From an uncultured Chthonomonadaceae bacterium (GTDB lineage Bacteria; Armatimonadota; Chthonomonadetes; Chthonomonadales; Chthonomonadaceae), in NCBI GenBank assembly GCA_963817895.1, contig CAWFQB010000002.1, positions 64,001 through 128,000 of the forward strand: 64,000 nucleotides of DNA, written 5' to 3'. The notes under the pieces were generated by a model. It made no database searches. It saw only the letters and a list, made by a program, of their open reading frames with translations, and was not told the origin of the DNA. Position 1 is the first letter of the stretch. The number at the start of each line of letters is the position of its first letter. The position numbers and the translations under genes were made by a program. Shown here piece after piece: positions 1 through 9,277 of the stretch.

Positions 1-1168
1 CGCGTCTATTACGGTGGATATGAAGCAGCCCGCCTGGCACGGCACGGGGTTGTACGCCGCGCCCGGCGAAGTGGTCACGATTTCCGTGCCGCCAGAGCGC
101 CATCAAGCGCGGCCTGTCCGTACAAATTGGCGAGCATACGGACACGCTCTGGCATCTGGCGGCATGGGGCCGTTTCCCCGAAATCACGATGCGGCGTCCG
201 CTGAACGCGCCCGAAGTACGCGCGTTGCCAGTCCGTTCGGCGGCACGATTTTCATTGACTCGCCGTCTCGCTCTTCTGCGGCGACGAAGTACCCGTCACC
301 ATTGCCAACGCCGTTGCCGCGCCGCGCTTTGTGCGGGGCGTGACCAGCCTTGCGGAGTGGAAGCAAACGCTGCGCAACGCGCCCGGTCCCTGGGCGGAAC
401 TCGTCGGCAAACTGGTAATTCTGTCCGTGCCGTCCTCCGCCGTGCGCGATCTGGACGACCCGGAAGCGCTGATGGCCTACTGGGATGAGGTAATGGAGCA
501 CTGCTATGCGTTTTACGCCGCGCCCAAACGCAACCGCCCGGAACGCTACTGCGTGGATCGGCAGATCAGCGCGGGCTACATGCACTCCGGCTACCCGATT
601 ATGACGGGCGACGACGTGGCGAAAACGTTCTGCGACCTGAACATCCTGCGCGGCAATACCGGCATCAAGTGCTGGGGCTTTTACCACGAGATGGGACACA
701 ATTTTCAGCAGCCGGAATGGACGTGGAGCGCGTTCGGGGAAGTGACCAACAACCTGTTTTCGCTGTACGGCACGGAAACCCTCAACGGCGTCAAAGTGGG
801 GGCGCACCCCGCTATGACGCAGGCCGAAATTGACAAACGCCTGCTAGCTCATCGCCGCCAACCCCGGCAAATCCAAATACTACGAGCGCGATCCCTGGTA
901 TCCGCTCACAATGTTCTGGCTGCTGCGGCAGGAGTTCGGTTGGGAGCCGTTCACCAAACTGTTCGCAGAATTTCGCGACCTGCCGCGCAGCGAACGCCCC
1001 CAGACCGAGCAGGAGAAGCACGACCAGTTTTTAATCAGGTTCTCCAGACTGACCGGGCATAATCTAAGCGAGTACCTGTCCGCATGGGGCGTGGAACTCT
1101 CCCCGGAGGCGCGTCATTCCGTCGCAAATCTACCCGTCTGGATGCCCGCCAGCCTGTCCGCCCGCTGA
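1..1168 (+). CDS. M60-like (enhancin-type) zinc metallopeptidase, 5'-truncated by the window edge and broken by several frameshifts
   Basis: ORFs 14-343, 189-488, 331-1062 and 911-1168 join into one protein: WHGTGLYAAPGE N-terminal motif, PWAEL, MHSGYP, gluzincin motif HEMGH...GEVTNN, C-terminal WEPFTKLF...LSAWG. Confidence 0.85.
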
Positions 1169-1220
1169 AACTCTGCGGACGGTTCCAAACGGATGGCAAC
1201 CTCCCGCGCCACAACTAACG

Positions 1221-1363
1221 TACTACTCTGTCAAGGTAGAATAGAGGGATACGTTGTAGGGGTTCTGCTTGCTGAACCCTCCTCGAACAGGGCGCAGCAA
1301 GCCGCCATTTGGGGCGCAGCAAGCAACGCCCCTACCTGACTATTCTACCTTGACGGAGTAGTA
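1221..1363. repeat. MITE-like element: 24-bp terminal inverted repeats enclosing a GTAG-type REP doublet (copy 1)
   Basis: TACTACTCTGTCAAGGTAGAATAG (1221-1244) and CTATTCTACCTTGACGGAGTAGTA (1340-1363) are inverted with 1 mismatch. The core GTAGGGGTTCTGCTTGCTGAACCC...GGGCGCAGCAAGCAACGCCCCTAC (1256-1335) recurs at 9182 and 55167. Confidence 0.85.
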
Positions 1364-1396
1364 GGGACACAACATCTTATGTTCGCCAACTGTGGG

Positions 1397-1854
1397 TTAC
1401 GGGGCGGTAGGCGACGCGGCAGAGGACGCGGACAATGGCTCTGCCGAATTTACAGCGACATCGCCGCGCTTGCTCATCCTGTAGATATCTGCACGGGCTG
1501 ATTTTCATGCAACTGCGCGAATTGGCGAACGCTGTTGACCTTGTACAATCCGCCTCGAAAGCGCACGTTGATAAACCCGTCGCCCTCTTGTTTCAGCCCG
1601 CCCTCCACGTTCGTCGGCTGCACAATCATCGCCACCGTTGCAATTCCCCGTTGCGGAACCGCGCCCTGAAAATTACTCTTGCGGAAATGGCGCAGTACAG
1701 GATCGGCAGCCAGAAAACACACAAATACAACCGTGCCGAACACCACAAGAACGCCGCGCACCCACTTCTGCTGCGGCGTTACGGGACGGCGCGACGCGCC
1801 CCTGTCATTGCTGTCGCGCTGCGTAGACCCAACCAATTTTTGAACTGAAGTCAT
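1397..1854 (-). CDS. Hypothetical single-pass membrane protein, probable frameshift near 1485
   Basis: ORF 1474-1854 has a hydrophobic segment (VLVVFGTVVFVCFLAA) and an AGGAG RBS. A shifted frame continues YRMSKRGDVAVNSAEP... to a TAA at 1397. Confidence 0.55.
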
Positions 1855-1963
1855 TGCCTCAATCTCCTGTGAAACTTACCTTTCTATTATACCTGTTCCG
1901 TCAAGTGAGAGGAGGCAAAATGCGCCGCGCCTCGCTTCCTGTTTCGCCGCATCCCGCGCGGTA

Positions 1964-1972
1964 TGCTATACT
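1964..1972 (+). promoter_or_regulatory. Extended -10 promoter element upstream of ispG
   Basis: TGCTATACT matches the TGnTATAAT consensus, about 150 bp upstream of the ispG start. Confidence 0.45.
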
Positions 1973-1976
1973 GAAA

Positions 1977-2107
1977 GGTAGAGGGTAGATAGGTAGATAA
2001 GTAGACGGTAGAAACTACCGCCTGCCAAAAGTTTTGCGCAAGAATACAGCAGACAAGAGTAGCCGAATCACCTACCTATTTACCCTCTACCCATCTACCT
2101 ATCTACT
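1977..2107. repeat. Inverted pair of ~8-bp tandem repeat arrays in the ispG leader
   Basis: (GGTAGA..)n at 1977-2012 is complementary to (..TCTACC)n at 2071-2107. Confidence 0.75.
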
Positions 2108-2123
2108 ATTGAGAGGTTTTCCT

Positions 2124-3422
2124 ATGTCTTTACCGGATGTTTCTTATAGCCGCCGTCCCACCCGCGCCGTTCGCGTGGGCGACATTTATATTGGTGGGGC
2201 GCACCCCGTTGTCGTACAGTCCATGATTACCGAGGAGACGCATAACGTCCCCTCCGCTGTGGAGCAGATCATTGCCATGCACAAGGCGGGCAGTGAAATC
2301 GTGCGGGTCACCACGCCCAATCTGGCGGAAGCGCGGTGTCTGGCGGAAATCAAGGCGCGGCTCAAGCAACAATATATGGATGTGCCGCTCGTGGCGGATG
2401 TGCATCATCAGGGCAGCGATATTGCCGTCGAGGTGGCGAAGTATGTGGACAAAATCCGCATCAATCCCGGCCTGTTCGTGTTCCGCAAGCGCATTGCGCG
2501 GACGCTGGACTACTCCCCTCTGGAAGTGGAAGAGGAGCAGGCGGCGATTGAAAAAGAACTGTTGCCCGTTATCAACGCCTGCAAACAGCGCGACCTTGCC
2601 ATGCGGATTGGCGTCAATCACGGCAGCCTTGCCGAACGCCTGACCGTGATGTACGGCGACACGCCCGAAGGCATGGTGCAGTCCGCTATCGAGTACATTC
2701 AGATTTGCGAACGGCACGATTACCGCAACATTGTTATCTCGCTGAAAGCGAGCCGCGTCCCCGTGATGCTGCAAGCCAACCGGCTGATGGCGCAGCGCAT
2801 GGCTGAGTTGAGTATGGATTACCCGCTGCATTTGGGCGTGACGGAAGCGGGCAGCGGGCAGTACGCGCGCATCAAAAGCACGGCAGGCATCGGCACGCTG
2901 TTGGCTGAAGGTATTGGCGATACGATTCGCGTGTCCCTGTCGGAAGACCCGGTGGAAGAACTCCCCGCCTGCTACGACATTTTGCAGGCGTTGGGCATCC
3001 GGCGCACCAAAGTAGAACTGATTTCGTGTCCCTCGTGCGGGCGCACGAAGTTCGATCTGCCCATTGTGGCGAACTGGGTCGAGTCGGCAGTGAAGCACCT
3101 GGCGGGCAATCTGACGGTTGCGGTCATGGGCTGCATCGTGAACGGGCCGGGCGAAATGGCGGACGCGGATTACGGTTATGTTGGCAAAGCGGGCGGCAAA
3201 ATTTCGCTGTACCGGGGCCGCGAAGAGGTGAAAACCGGCATCCCGCAGGAAAACAGCATCGAGGAACTGGTCAACCTCATCAAATCCGACGGCAAATGGA
3301 TACAGCCGCACGAGGGCTGGCAGATTCCCCCGCCGCCGCAAGCCCTGCGCGACCGCATCACCGTCGCCAGTGGTTCCGGCGCGAACAGCAGCGTCAACGT
3401 CATCCCGCTTGTCGTGAAGTAA
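2124..3422 (+). CDS. ispG: (E)-4-hydroxy-3-methylbut-2-enyl-diphosphate synthase (IspG/GcpE)
   Basis: [72 protein letters not shown] before the ATG at 2124. Confidence 0.97.
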   Translation: MSLPDVSYSRRPTRAVRVGDIYIGGAHPVVVQSMITEETHNVPSAVEQIIAMHKAGSEIVRVTTPNLAEARCLAEIKARLKQQYMDVPLVADVHHQGSDIAVEVAKYVDKIRINPGLFVFRKRIARTLDYSPLEVEEEQAAIEKELLPVINACKQRDLAMRIGVNHGSLAERLTVMYGDTPEGMVQSAIEYIQICERHDYRNIVISLKASRVPVMLQANRLMAQRMAELSMDYPLHLGVTEAGSGQYARIKSTAGIGTLLAEGIGDTIRVSLSEDPVEELPACYDILQALGIRRTKVELISCPSCGRTKFDLPIVANWVESAVKHLAGNLTVAVMGCIVNGPGEMADADYGYVGKAGGKISLYRGREEVKTGIPQENSIEELVNLIKSDGKWIQPHEGWQIPPPPQALRDRITVASGSGANSSVNVIPLVVK

Positions 3423-3440
3423 GCGTGAAGCAGGAGCGCG

Positions 3441-4025
3441 ATGTACATAAGCGATGTCACAATGGGACAACTTGAGCGCGTCCTGACGAAATTCGATTTC
3501 GTCAGGCATGTTGTGTCCGGCCTGACGACTCCGGGGCCAGATGCGTGCCTCTATTTCGACAAGCCGAACAGCAAACATGCCTTCACATTCCCTGTATATG
3601 GGGAGCAGGAGCGTATCCCGTTGGTTCATGTTATGTCCACAGCCTCTTTTCTGGATGCTTGGGATTACATTGACCGGGCGGAATTCCCGAACCTGCTGAC
3701 GGAAGGCCGAGGCCCGCTTCCCTACAAGGAACTGCGGGCAATCACCCCGGCAGATTTCAGGAATGTGACCTATGCTATGCTCGAAGCAACGCTGCTGCGC
3801 TTCGGCTTTGTCAGGTTTGTAGCCCCGTCGGGACATTTCTGTTATGAGCATCCAGACGGCGCAACGGTCACAACGGGCAAGTTTGCGCCGGAACAGATTG
3901 CCCATGAAGTCCATGTATTGGGCGCGCGGTCTACTGTTGACAATTGGGGCATTGCGGAGCGGGAAACCTTCGAGAAGATGCTGGCGGAGTGCAGCGCAGG
4001 TTGTTTCCAATGTTGCTGTTCCTGA
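3441..4025 (+). CDS. Protein with two tandem HicA-like (dsRBD-fold) domains
   Basis: Two internal repeats (VTMGQLERVLTKFDF... and VTYAMLEATLLRFGF...SGHFCYEHPDG...WGIAERETFEKML) follow the HicA pattern of helix, LxxxGF, His-bearing hairpin, C-terminal helix. AGGAG RBS. Confidence 0.55.
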   Translation: MYISDVTMGQLERVLTKFDFVRHVVSGLTTPGPDACLYFDKPNSKHAFTFPVYGEQERIPLVHVMSTASFLDAWDYIDRAEFPNLLTEGRGPLPYKELRAITPADFRNVTYAMLEATLLRFGFVRFVAPSGHFCYEHPDGATVTTGKFAPEQIAHEVHVLGARSTVDNWGIAERETFEKMLAECSAGCFQCCCS

Positions 4026-4142
4026 ACCGGCGACGGCGTAGAACCCAATGCCGTATGAGGTTGAAAGCCGTATCAGAGTCGTGTAGAAGCCGCGCAAGAA
4101 GAGCCGTGCAATACGGTAGAGTCCGTGCAATGGCGCAAGCGT

Positions 4143-4726
4143 CCGTGCAATAAATTGCGCGGCTGTGATAACGAAACCCGCCTTCGCGGGTTGAGCGGGT
4201 AGAATTTGTTGTGGAGAAGACATGCCACGTTCTTGTTCGCACATCTATTTGCATTTTGTTTGGGCTACGTGGGACCGCTTGCCGCTCATCAAGCCGGAGT
4301 TGGAAGCGCAGGTATATGCCTGCATGTCGCAAAAATGCGAGGAACAACGCTGTAAACTGATTGCTATTGGCGGCACAGCCAATCATATTCACGCGCTCGT
4401 TCGTATCCGCGCTCTCTCATGCCCGATGGACATTGTCAAGAACATGAAGGGTACATCGTCACATCTAATGACGCATGTACTGATGCCCAACCATTTCTTC
4501 AAGTGGCAGGGTACGTATGGCGTTCGCAGTGTTGACCCGAATGGCGTGGAAACCGTTCGCGCCTATATTCGCAACCAGAAAGAACATCACGCCAACAACG
4601 ATGTCTGGCTCGAATGGGAACAGTGCATGGCCGAAGACGACGAGCCTGCGTTCGATTGGTCCTTGCCTCCACCTTCAGTCCGCGAAGGCGGACTTCGTTA
4701 CCACAGCCGCGCAATTTATTGCACGG
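4143..4726 (+). mobile_element. Y1/HUH transposase cassette (IS200-like or REPtron-like) bounded by ~52-bp inverted repeats
   Basis: 4143-4194 and 4675-4726 are reverse complements with about 5 mismatches. Each arm carries two small hairpins (CCGTGCAAT..ATTGCGCGG and ACCCGC-CTTC-GCGGGT). Confidence 0.75.
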
Positions 4727-4782
4727 CTCAGTCCTTCATCATTGAAACACATTCTGAATGTAACTCATTGAGCAAAGTATGA
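4222..4782 (+). CDS. tnpA: IS200/IS605-family Y1 transposase (TnpA or RAYT-like)
   Basis: HFVWAT, HUH motif NHIHAL, KGTSS, FKWQGTYG, catalytic-Tyr motif YIRNQKEHH. Confidence 0.88.
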   Translation: MPRSCSHIYLHFVWATWDRLPLIKPELEAQVYACMSQKCEEQRCKLIAIGGTANHIHALVRIRALSCPMDIVKNMKGTSSHLMTHVLMPNHFFKWQGTYGVRSVDPNGVETVRAYIRNQKEHHANNDVWLEWEQCMAEDDEPAFDWSLPPPSVREGGLRYHSRAIYCTAQSFIIETHSECNSLSKV

Positions 4783-6155
4783 CATCTAAACCTTTCTCAG
4801 CATGGATAAAAGAGCAACGTGAAAAACGCAATCTTACACCCTCTGATTGCATGAAGAGAATCAATGACAAGTTCGGTACGAAATCGAACAGTAATGCGTG
4901 GTCAAACTGGGAAAGGCGAGATAACAAAGATAAAATTAATACTGAAAGAGTCCGTAAAGTCGCCTGTGGCCTACAAGTGTCGGAGGCTGAAGTTTTTGCT
5001 GCTGGAATGCCAGTAAGTGATGAAGTTTTATCGGGCAATACGCCTGATGTTGATAGCAATTATATTGAACCACTTGTGTCAAACTTGCCACTGGACAGTA
5101 TCCCGACGCGAATTGAAGCCGTGTTGGGGCGCAAGGGACAGGTGATTTTGAAGGGGCCGCCGGGAACGGGCAAAACGTATTGGGCGGAGATTGCGGCTCG
5201 TGAACTAGCTGCGCATTCTGCGTTCGGGAAGGCGTTTGACACGCTGACGCCGGAGGAGCGTACCGTTGTCAGTGGCGACAATACCAATATGGGACTTGTG
5301 CGCTGGTGCTGTTTTCATCCGGCTTACGGGTATGAGGATTTTCTGGAAGGGTATCGGCCTCACGCGCAGGATGGGCAGATGCTGTTTGAACTGCGCAATG
5401 GCATTTTCAAGACGCTATGTGAGGACGCCCACGCGAACCCGAACCATAATTTTTACCTGCTTGTGGATGAAATCAACCGGGGCGACATTCCGCGCATCTT
5501 CGGGGAACTGCTCACCATTCTGGAAAGCAACAAGCGAGGCAAAACGGTTGTCCTTCCCCTGAGCAAAACGCCGTTCGCCGTACCGAAAAATGTGTACGTG
5601 ATTGGAACGATGAACACGGCGGATCGTTCCATTGCCCTGCTTGACGCCGCCCTGCACAGGCGCTTCGGCTTTATCGAACTCATGCCCGACAGTTCCACAT
5701 TGGGGCTGGCGTTTATTGAAGGTATTCCTCTTGCGGCGTGGCTGGACGCGCTGAACGCCCGCATTTGCAAACACATCGGGCGCGATGCCCGCAACCTGCA
5801 AATTGGTCACTCCTACTTTCTGGAAAAAGGGCATCCCATACGCGACTTCGCCCATTTGCGCCGCGTGTTACGCGAAGACATTGTTCCCCTGCTGGAAGAA
5901 TACTGCTACGAAGATTACGCCGCGCTGGAAAAGATATTGGGCAGCGGTCTCGTGGATATGCAGAAGCAGCAGATACGCGAGGAGTTGTTTGATCCGGCGC
6001 GACAGGATGAATTAGTGACTGCGCTGTTGGAACCCTGTCCCGAAATCATCGCTACACCGCAGGCTGTAAAGATGGAAGCGGAAGCCGAAAACGAGGCGCA
6101 GGAACTTGATAACGAAGCCGAGGACGATATTGACACGATGGACGGCAGCGAATGA
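4779..6155 (+). CDS. mcrB: McrB-like AAA+ GTPase with an N-terminal XRE-like HTH domain
   Basis: Walker A GPPGTGKT, FHPAYGYEDFLEG, Walker B DEINR, McrB signature MNTADRS, RRF, IGHSYF. N-terminus FSAWIKEQREKRNLT...WSNWER...VRKVACGLQVS is Cro/C1-like. Confidence 0.88.
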   Translation: MTSKPFSAWIKEQREKRNLTPSDCMKRINDKFGTKSNSNAWSNWERRDNKDKINTERVRKVACGLQVSEAEVFAAGMPVSDEVLSGNTPDVDSNYIEPLVSNLPLDSIPTRIEAVLGRKGQVILKGPPGTGKTYWAEIAARELAAHSAFGKAFDTLTPEERTVVSGDNTNMGLVRWCCFHPAYGYEDFLEGYRPHAQDGQMLFELRNGIFKTLCEDAHANPNHNFYLLVDEINRGDIPRIFGELLTILESNKRGKTVVLPLSKTPFAVPKNVYVIGTMNTADRSIALLDAALHRRFGFIELMPDSSTLGLAFIEGIPLAAWLDALNARICKHIGRDARNLQIGHSYFLEKGHPIRDFAHLRRVLREDIVPLLEEYCYEDYAALEKILGSGLVDMQKQQIREELFDPARQDELVTALLEPCPEIIATPQAVKMEAEAENEAQELDNEAEDDIDTMDGSE

Positions 6156-7471
6156 ATTTCCCGGTCAACATTCGGCTTGCTGAGTGGGAAACCCGGACGC
6201 CGCGAACAGACCCGACATTGCGCGATGTACGGCTTGTGGATAATGCCGATACGCGGCTTGTCGTAGCAAAACTGGCGCAGGCAGACATTCTCAACATCGT
6301 GGAACTGCGCGACGGATTGAGTATTCAGGCGTTTGCGCATGTCGGCAAAATCGAAATCGGCAATGTCGCCGTCACCATTCGCCCCAAAATACCCGCGCCC
6401 TCCCTGCTGCATCTGCTGCGCTACGCTTACGACCTGCGCAACCTTGACTTGTTCGCGGACACCACATTCGACAGCGAACCCGAAGCGTTTCAAGACCTGC
6501 TCCTGCATCAACTGGCGGAAGAAGCGGCGGAACTGCTGGCGCGGGGTTTGCATCGTCAATACCGGCGCACCGAGGAAGAGTTGGCGAGTCCGCGCGGCAG
6601 CCTCGACATGCGCAAACTGGCGCGAACAGGCGGCATGGTAAGCGCGACACTCCCCTGCGTCCACTATCCCCGTTCGCAAAACACGCTGCCCAATCAGGTA
6701 TTGCTCAGTGGCTTGCAATGGGGCGCGAATATGGCGCTATCGCCGCGCTTGAAAACGCGCCTGCATCGCCTTGCCGGAACCTTGCGCGAGGACATGACGC
6801 CCGCTCTCCTGAACCGCGAAACGTTTGCCCGCCTCCGCGCCCATTCCACGCGCCTGACCGCCGCCTACCGGCCCACCTTTACGCTCATCCAACTGTTGCT
6901 GGCAGGCGCGGGCATTCATCTGGAATCAGACGAAAACACGCTGCCATTGCCCGGTTTCTTGTTCGATATGAACCGTTTCTTTGAGGCTTTGCTGTCGAAG
7001 TTTTTGCGCGAAAATCTATCTGGTTATGTGGTTCGTGACCAAATGGCACTGCGCGGCGTGGTGGCGTACAATCCGTTGTATAATCCCCGTCGTCGTTCGG
7101 CGCGGTCGCCGCGCCCGGACTACATTGTTCTTAAGGGGAGCAAAACCGTCGCTATTCTGGACGCGAAGTATCGAGACTTGTGGGAAAAGCCCCTGCCGCG
7201 CGAAATGCTGTACCAACTCGCCATGTACGCCCTGCTTGGCGGCTGTCCGCAGGCAGCCGTGATTTTGTATCCGGCTTTCAACTCCGAAGCCTCAGAACAG
7301 CGCATAGATATTTGCGCCCCGCTTGCCGGGACGCGGCAGGCTCAGGTGATCTTGCGTCCTGTCCCCCTGAACCTGCTGGAACAAGCAACCCTGCAAACAA
7401 CAGGCGCACAGGCGCAACGCGTCCGAACCGCTCTGGCGCAAAAGTTTGCTTTTGGCGAACAGGAAGGGTAA
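6152..7471 (+). CDS. mcrC: McrC-like PD-(D/E)XK nuclease subunit
   Basis: ATGA overlap with mcrB; IRPKI, GLHRQY, PRGSLD, FDMNRFFE, catalytic RPDY...ILDAKY, YQLAMYA. Confidence 0.9.
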   Translation: MNFPVNIRLAEWETRTPRTDPTLRDVRLVDNADTRLVVAKLAQADILNIVELRDGLSIQAFAHVGKIEIGNVAVTIRPKIPAPSLLHLLRYAYDLRNLDLFADTTFDSEPEAFQDLLLHQLAEEAAELLARGLHRQYRRTEEELASPRGSLDMRKLARTGGMVSATLPCVHYPRSQNTLPNQVLLSGLQWGANMALSPRLKTRLHRLAGTLREDMTPALLNRETFARLRAHSTRLTAAYRPTFTLIQLLLAGAGIHLESDENTLPLPGFLFDMNRFFEALLSKFLRENLSGYVVRDQMALRGVVAYNPLYNPRRRSARSPRPDYIVLKGSKTVAILDAKYRDLWEKPLPREMLYQLAMYALLGGCPQAAVILYPAFNSEASEQRIDICAPLAGTRQAQVILRPVPLNLLEQATLQTTGAQAQRVRTALAQKFAFGEQEG

Positions 7472-7472
7472 A

Positions 7473-7793
7473 ATGCGTAAACGCCGCACACGAGAACACA
7501 TCATTACCGTAACAATGGCTGCTCTTGAGCGCGTCCTGCTTGAACTTGGTTACATAAAGCGCGTTGTTGCGAACTCGCATCTGCGCTTCGAGCCGAGCGA
7601 ACAGCAGGGGGGCGTGATTTTGCTGCCGTTGTTCAAGGCTGATGAAGTGGTTCCGTCCATTGATCTGCTGATGGCGGAAGTCACTGTAGATAATTGGGGC
7701 ATTGCGGACCGGGAAACGTTCGAGCGTATGTTGTCGGAAAGCGTTCATCCGAAGACGCTGGCGAAGCCGGAGCCGGTGGAAGCCGCCGCATAG
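7473..7793 (+). CDS. Single-domain HicA-like protein, paralogue of 3441-4025
   Basis: VTMAALERVLLELGY...ANSHLRF...TVDNWGIADRETFERML; starts 1 nt after the mcrC stop. Confidence 0.6.
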   Translation: MRKRRTREHIITVTMAALERVLLELGYIKRVVANSHLRFEPSEQQGGVILLPLFKADEVVPSIDLLMAEVTVDNWGIADRETFERMLSESVHPKTLAKPEPVEAAA

Positions 7794-7812
7794 AAGGAAT
7801 ATTACGGAGTTT

Positions 7813-9075
7813 ATGAAGCGAACAGAGTTTACAGGGACTTTTCTGGCGTTCGGCGCGTTTGTCGCGCTTGCCGGATGCAGGCAGGCAGCCGTCTCGCCCG
7901 CGCCCGCGCCAAATTCCCTCGCCGTTTCGTCCGCAAAACCGGGGATGGGTTCCGCCGCGAAGCCAAACAGCGCAGCCGAAGCGGGCGCGACGGGAGAGAA
8001 CAGCGTTGCGCCCACTGCTGCGCCTGCTTCTGCCGATATGTTCGCTGTAACCGCAGGCGCAGTGCCGCCGCTTGTGGAAGCGCGGGACGTATACGCGGCA
8101 AACAGGCCGAACAATCTCAGCCCGTTCATGCGCAAAGTTCTCAATCGCGTGTACGTGCCGAACAGCGGCAGCAATACGGTAGACGTAATTGACGCGAATA
8201 CGTACCGGATTGTAGACCATTTCGCGGTGGGGAAACTGCCGCAGCACGTCACGCCCGCATGGGACATGAAAACGCTGTGGATTTCCAACGATTTAGGCAA
8301 CAGCCTTACGCCCGTCGATCCGGTTACGGGCGTTCACGGCAAACCTGTTTCTGTGGAAGACCCGTACAACCTGTATTTCACGCCGGATGGACGGTACGCG
8401 ATTGTGGTTTGCGAACGGTTCGAGCGGCTGGATTTTCGGGACGCGCATACCATGAAACTCGTCCATTCCCTGCACCTTCCCGGCAAGGGCGTGGATCACA
8501 TGGATTTTAGCCGGGACGGCAAGTATCTGATTGCGAGCTGCGAGTTTTCGGGCGACGTGGTAAAAGTGGATGTGGAACACCAAAAGGCGATGGGTTCGCT
8601 GAAATTGAAAACCGGCGGGATGCCGCAGGACGTAAAATTATCGCCAGACGGCAGCGTATTTTATGTGGCGGACATGATGAGCAATGGCGTGTGGCTCGTG
8701 GACGGCGACAAATTACAAAAAATCGGGTTTGTGACGACGGGCGGCGGGGCGCACGGCCTGTATCCGAGCCGCGATTCCAAAACGCTGTACGTGTCCAACC
8801 GGCACGAGGGATCAATAACCGTCCTCTCGTTCGCCACCCGCAAGCCGATTGCCAAATGGCGTATTCCGCATGGCGGCAGCCCGGATATGGGCAACGTGTC
8901 TTCGGATGGCAAAACGCTCTGGCTGTCTGGTCGCTACAATTCCGAGGTGTACGCCTTCGATACGAGTAACGGCAAACTCCGCGCCCGAATTCATGTCGGC
9001 AAAGGCCCGCACGGATTGTGCGTATACCCGCAGCCAGGACGGTATTCGTTGGGGCATACGGGTGTGTTTCGCTAA
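7813..9075 (+). CDS. YVTN/YncE-family beta-propeller lipoprotein
   Basis: Lipobox LAGC; repeats VYVPNSGSNTVDVID, LYVSNRHEGSITVL, FYVADM; PxxxxxSPDG motifs. Confidence 0.85.
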   Translation: MKRTEFTGTFLAFGAFVALAGCRQAAVSPAPAPNSLAVSSAKPGMGSAAKPNSAAEAGATGENSVAPTAAPASADMFAVTAGAVPPLVEARDVYAANRPNNLSPFMRKVLNRVYVPNSGSNTVDVIDANTYRIVDHFAVGKLPQHVTPAWDMKTLWISNDLGNSLTPVDPVTGVHGKPVSVEDPYNLYFTPDGRYAIVVCERFERLDFRDAHTMKLVHSLHLPGKGVDHMDFSRDGKYLIASCEFSGDVVKVDVEHQKAMGSLKLKTGGMPQDVKLSPDGSVFYVADMMSNGVWLVDGDKLQKIGFVTTGGGAHGLYPSRDSKTLYVSNRHEGSITVLSFATRKPIAKWRIPHGGSPDMGNVSSDGKTLWLSGRYNSEVYAFDTSNGKLRARIHVGKGPHGLCVYPQPGRYSLGHTGVFR

Positions 9076-9181
9076 ACATCACGCAAGCAACGAAACAAAT
9101 TTCTTTGCTATGGGGCGTTCCGCCCAACGTCCGCTTGCGCGGACACAAACTGTTGTATTAAGGCGCGCTATTACACTACAT

Positions 9182-9262
9182 GTAGGGGCGCTGCTTGCTG
9201 CGCCCTACTTTATTGCTTGCTGCGCCATGCTTTGGGGAGGGTTCAGCAAGCAGAACCCCTAC
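9182..9262. repeat. GTAG-type REP doublet (copy 2) between convergent genes
   Basis: GTAGGGGCGCTGCTTGCTGCGCCC...GGAGGGTTCAGCAAGCAGAACCCCTAC is the reverse orientation of copy 1 and is flanked by TACATGTA on both sides. Confidence 0.85.
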
Positions 9263-9277
9263 ATGTATCTATCTGTT

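Noticed and set aside
4222..5100. IS605-type TnpB or IscB RNA-guided nuclease downstream of tnpA
   Set aside because: The downstream gene is a McrB-like AAA+ protein with no RuvC or zinc-finger motifs.
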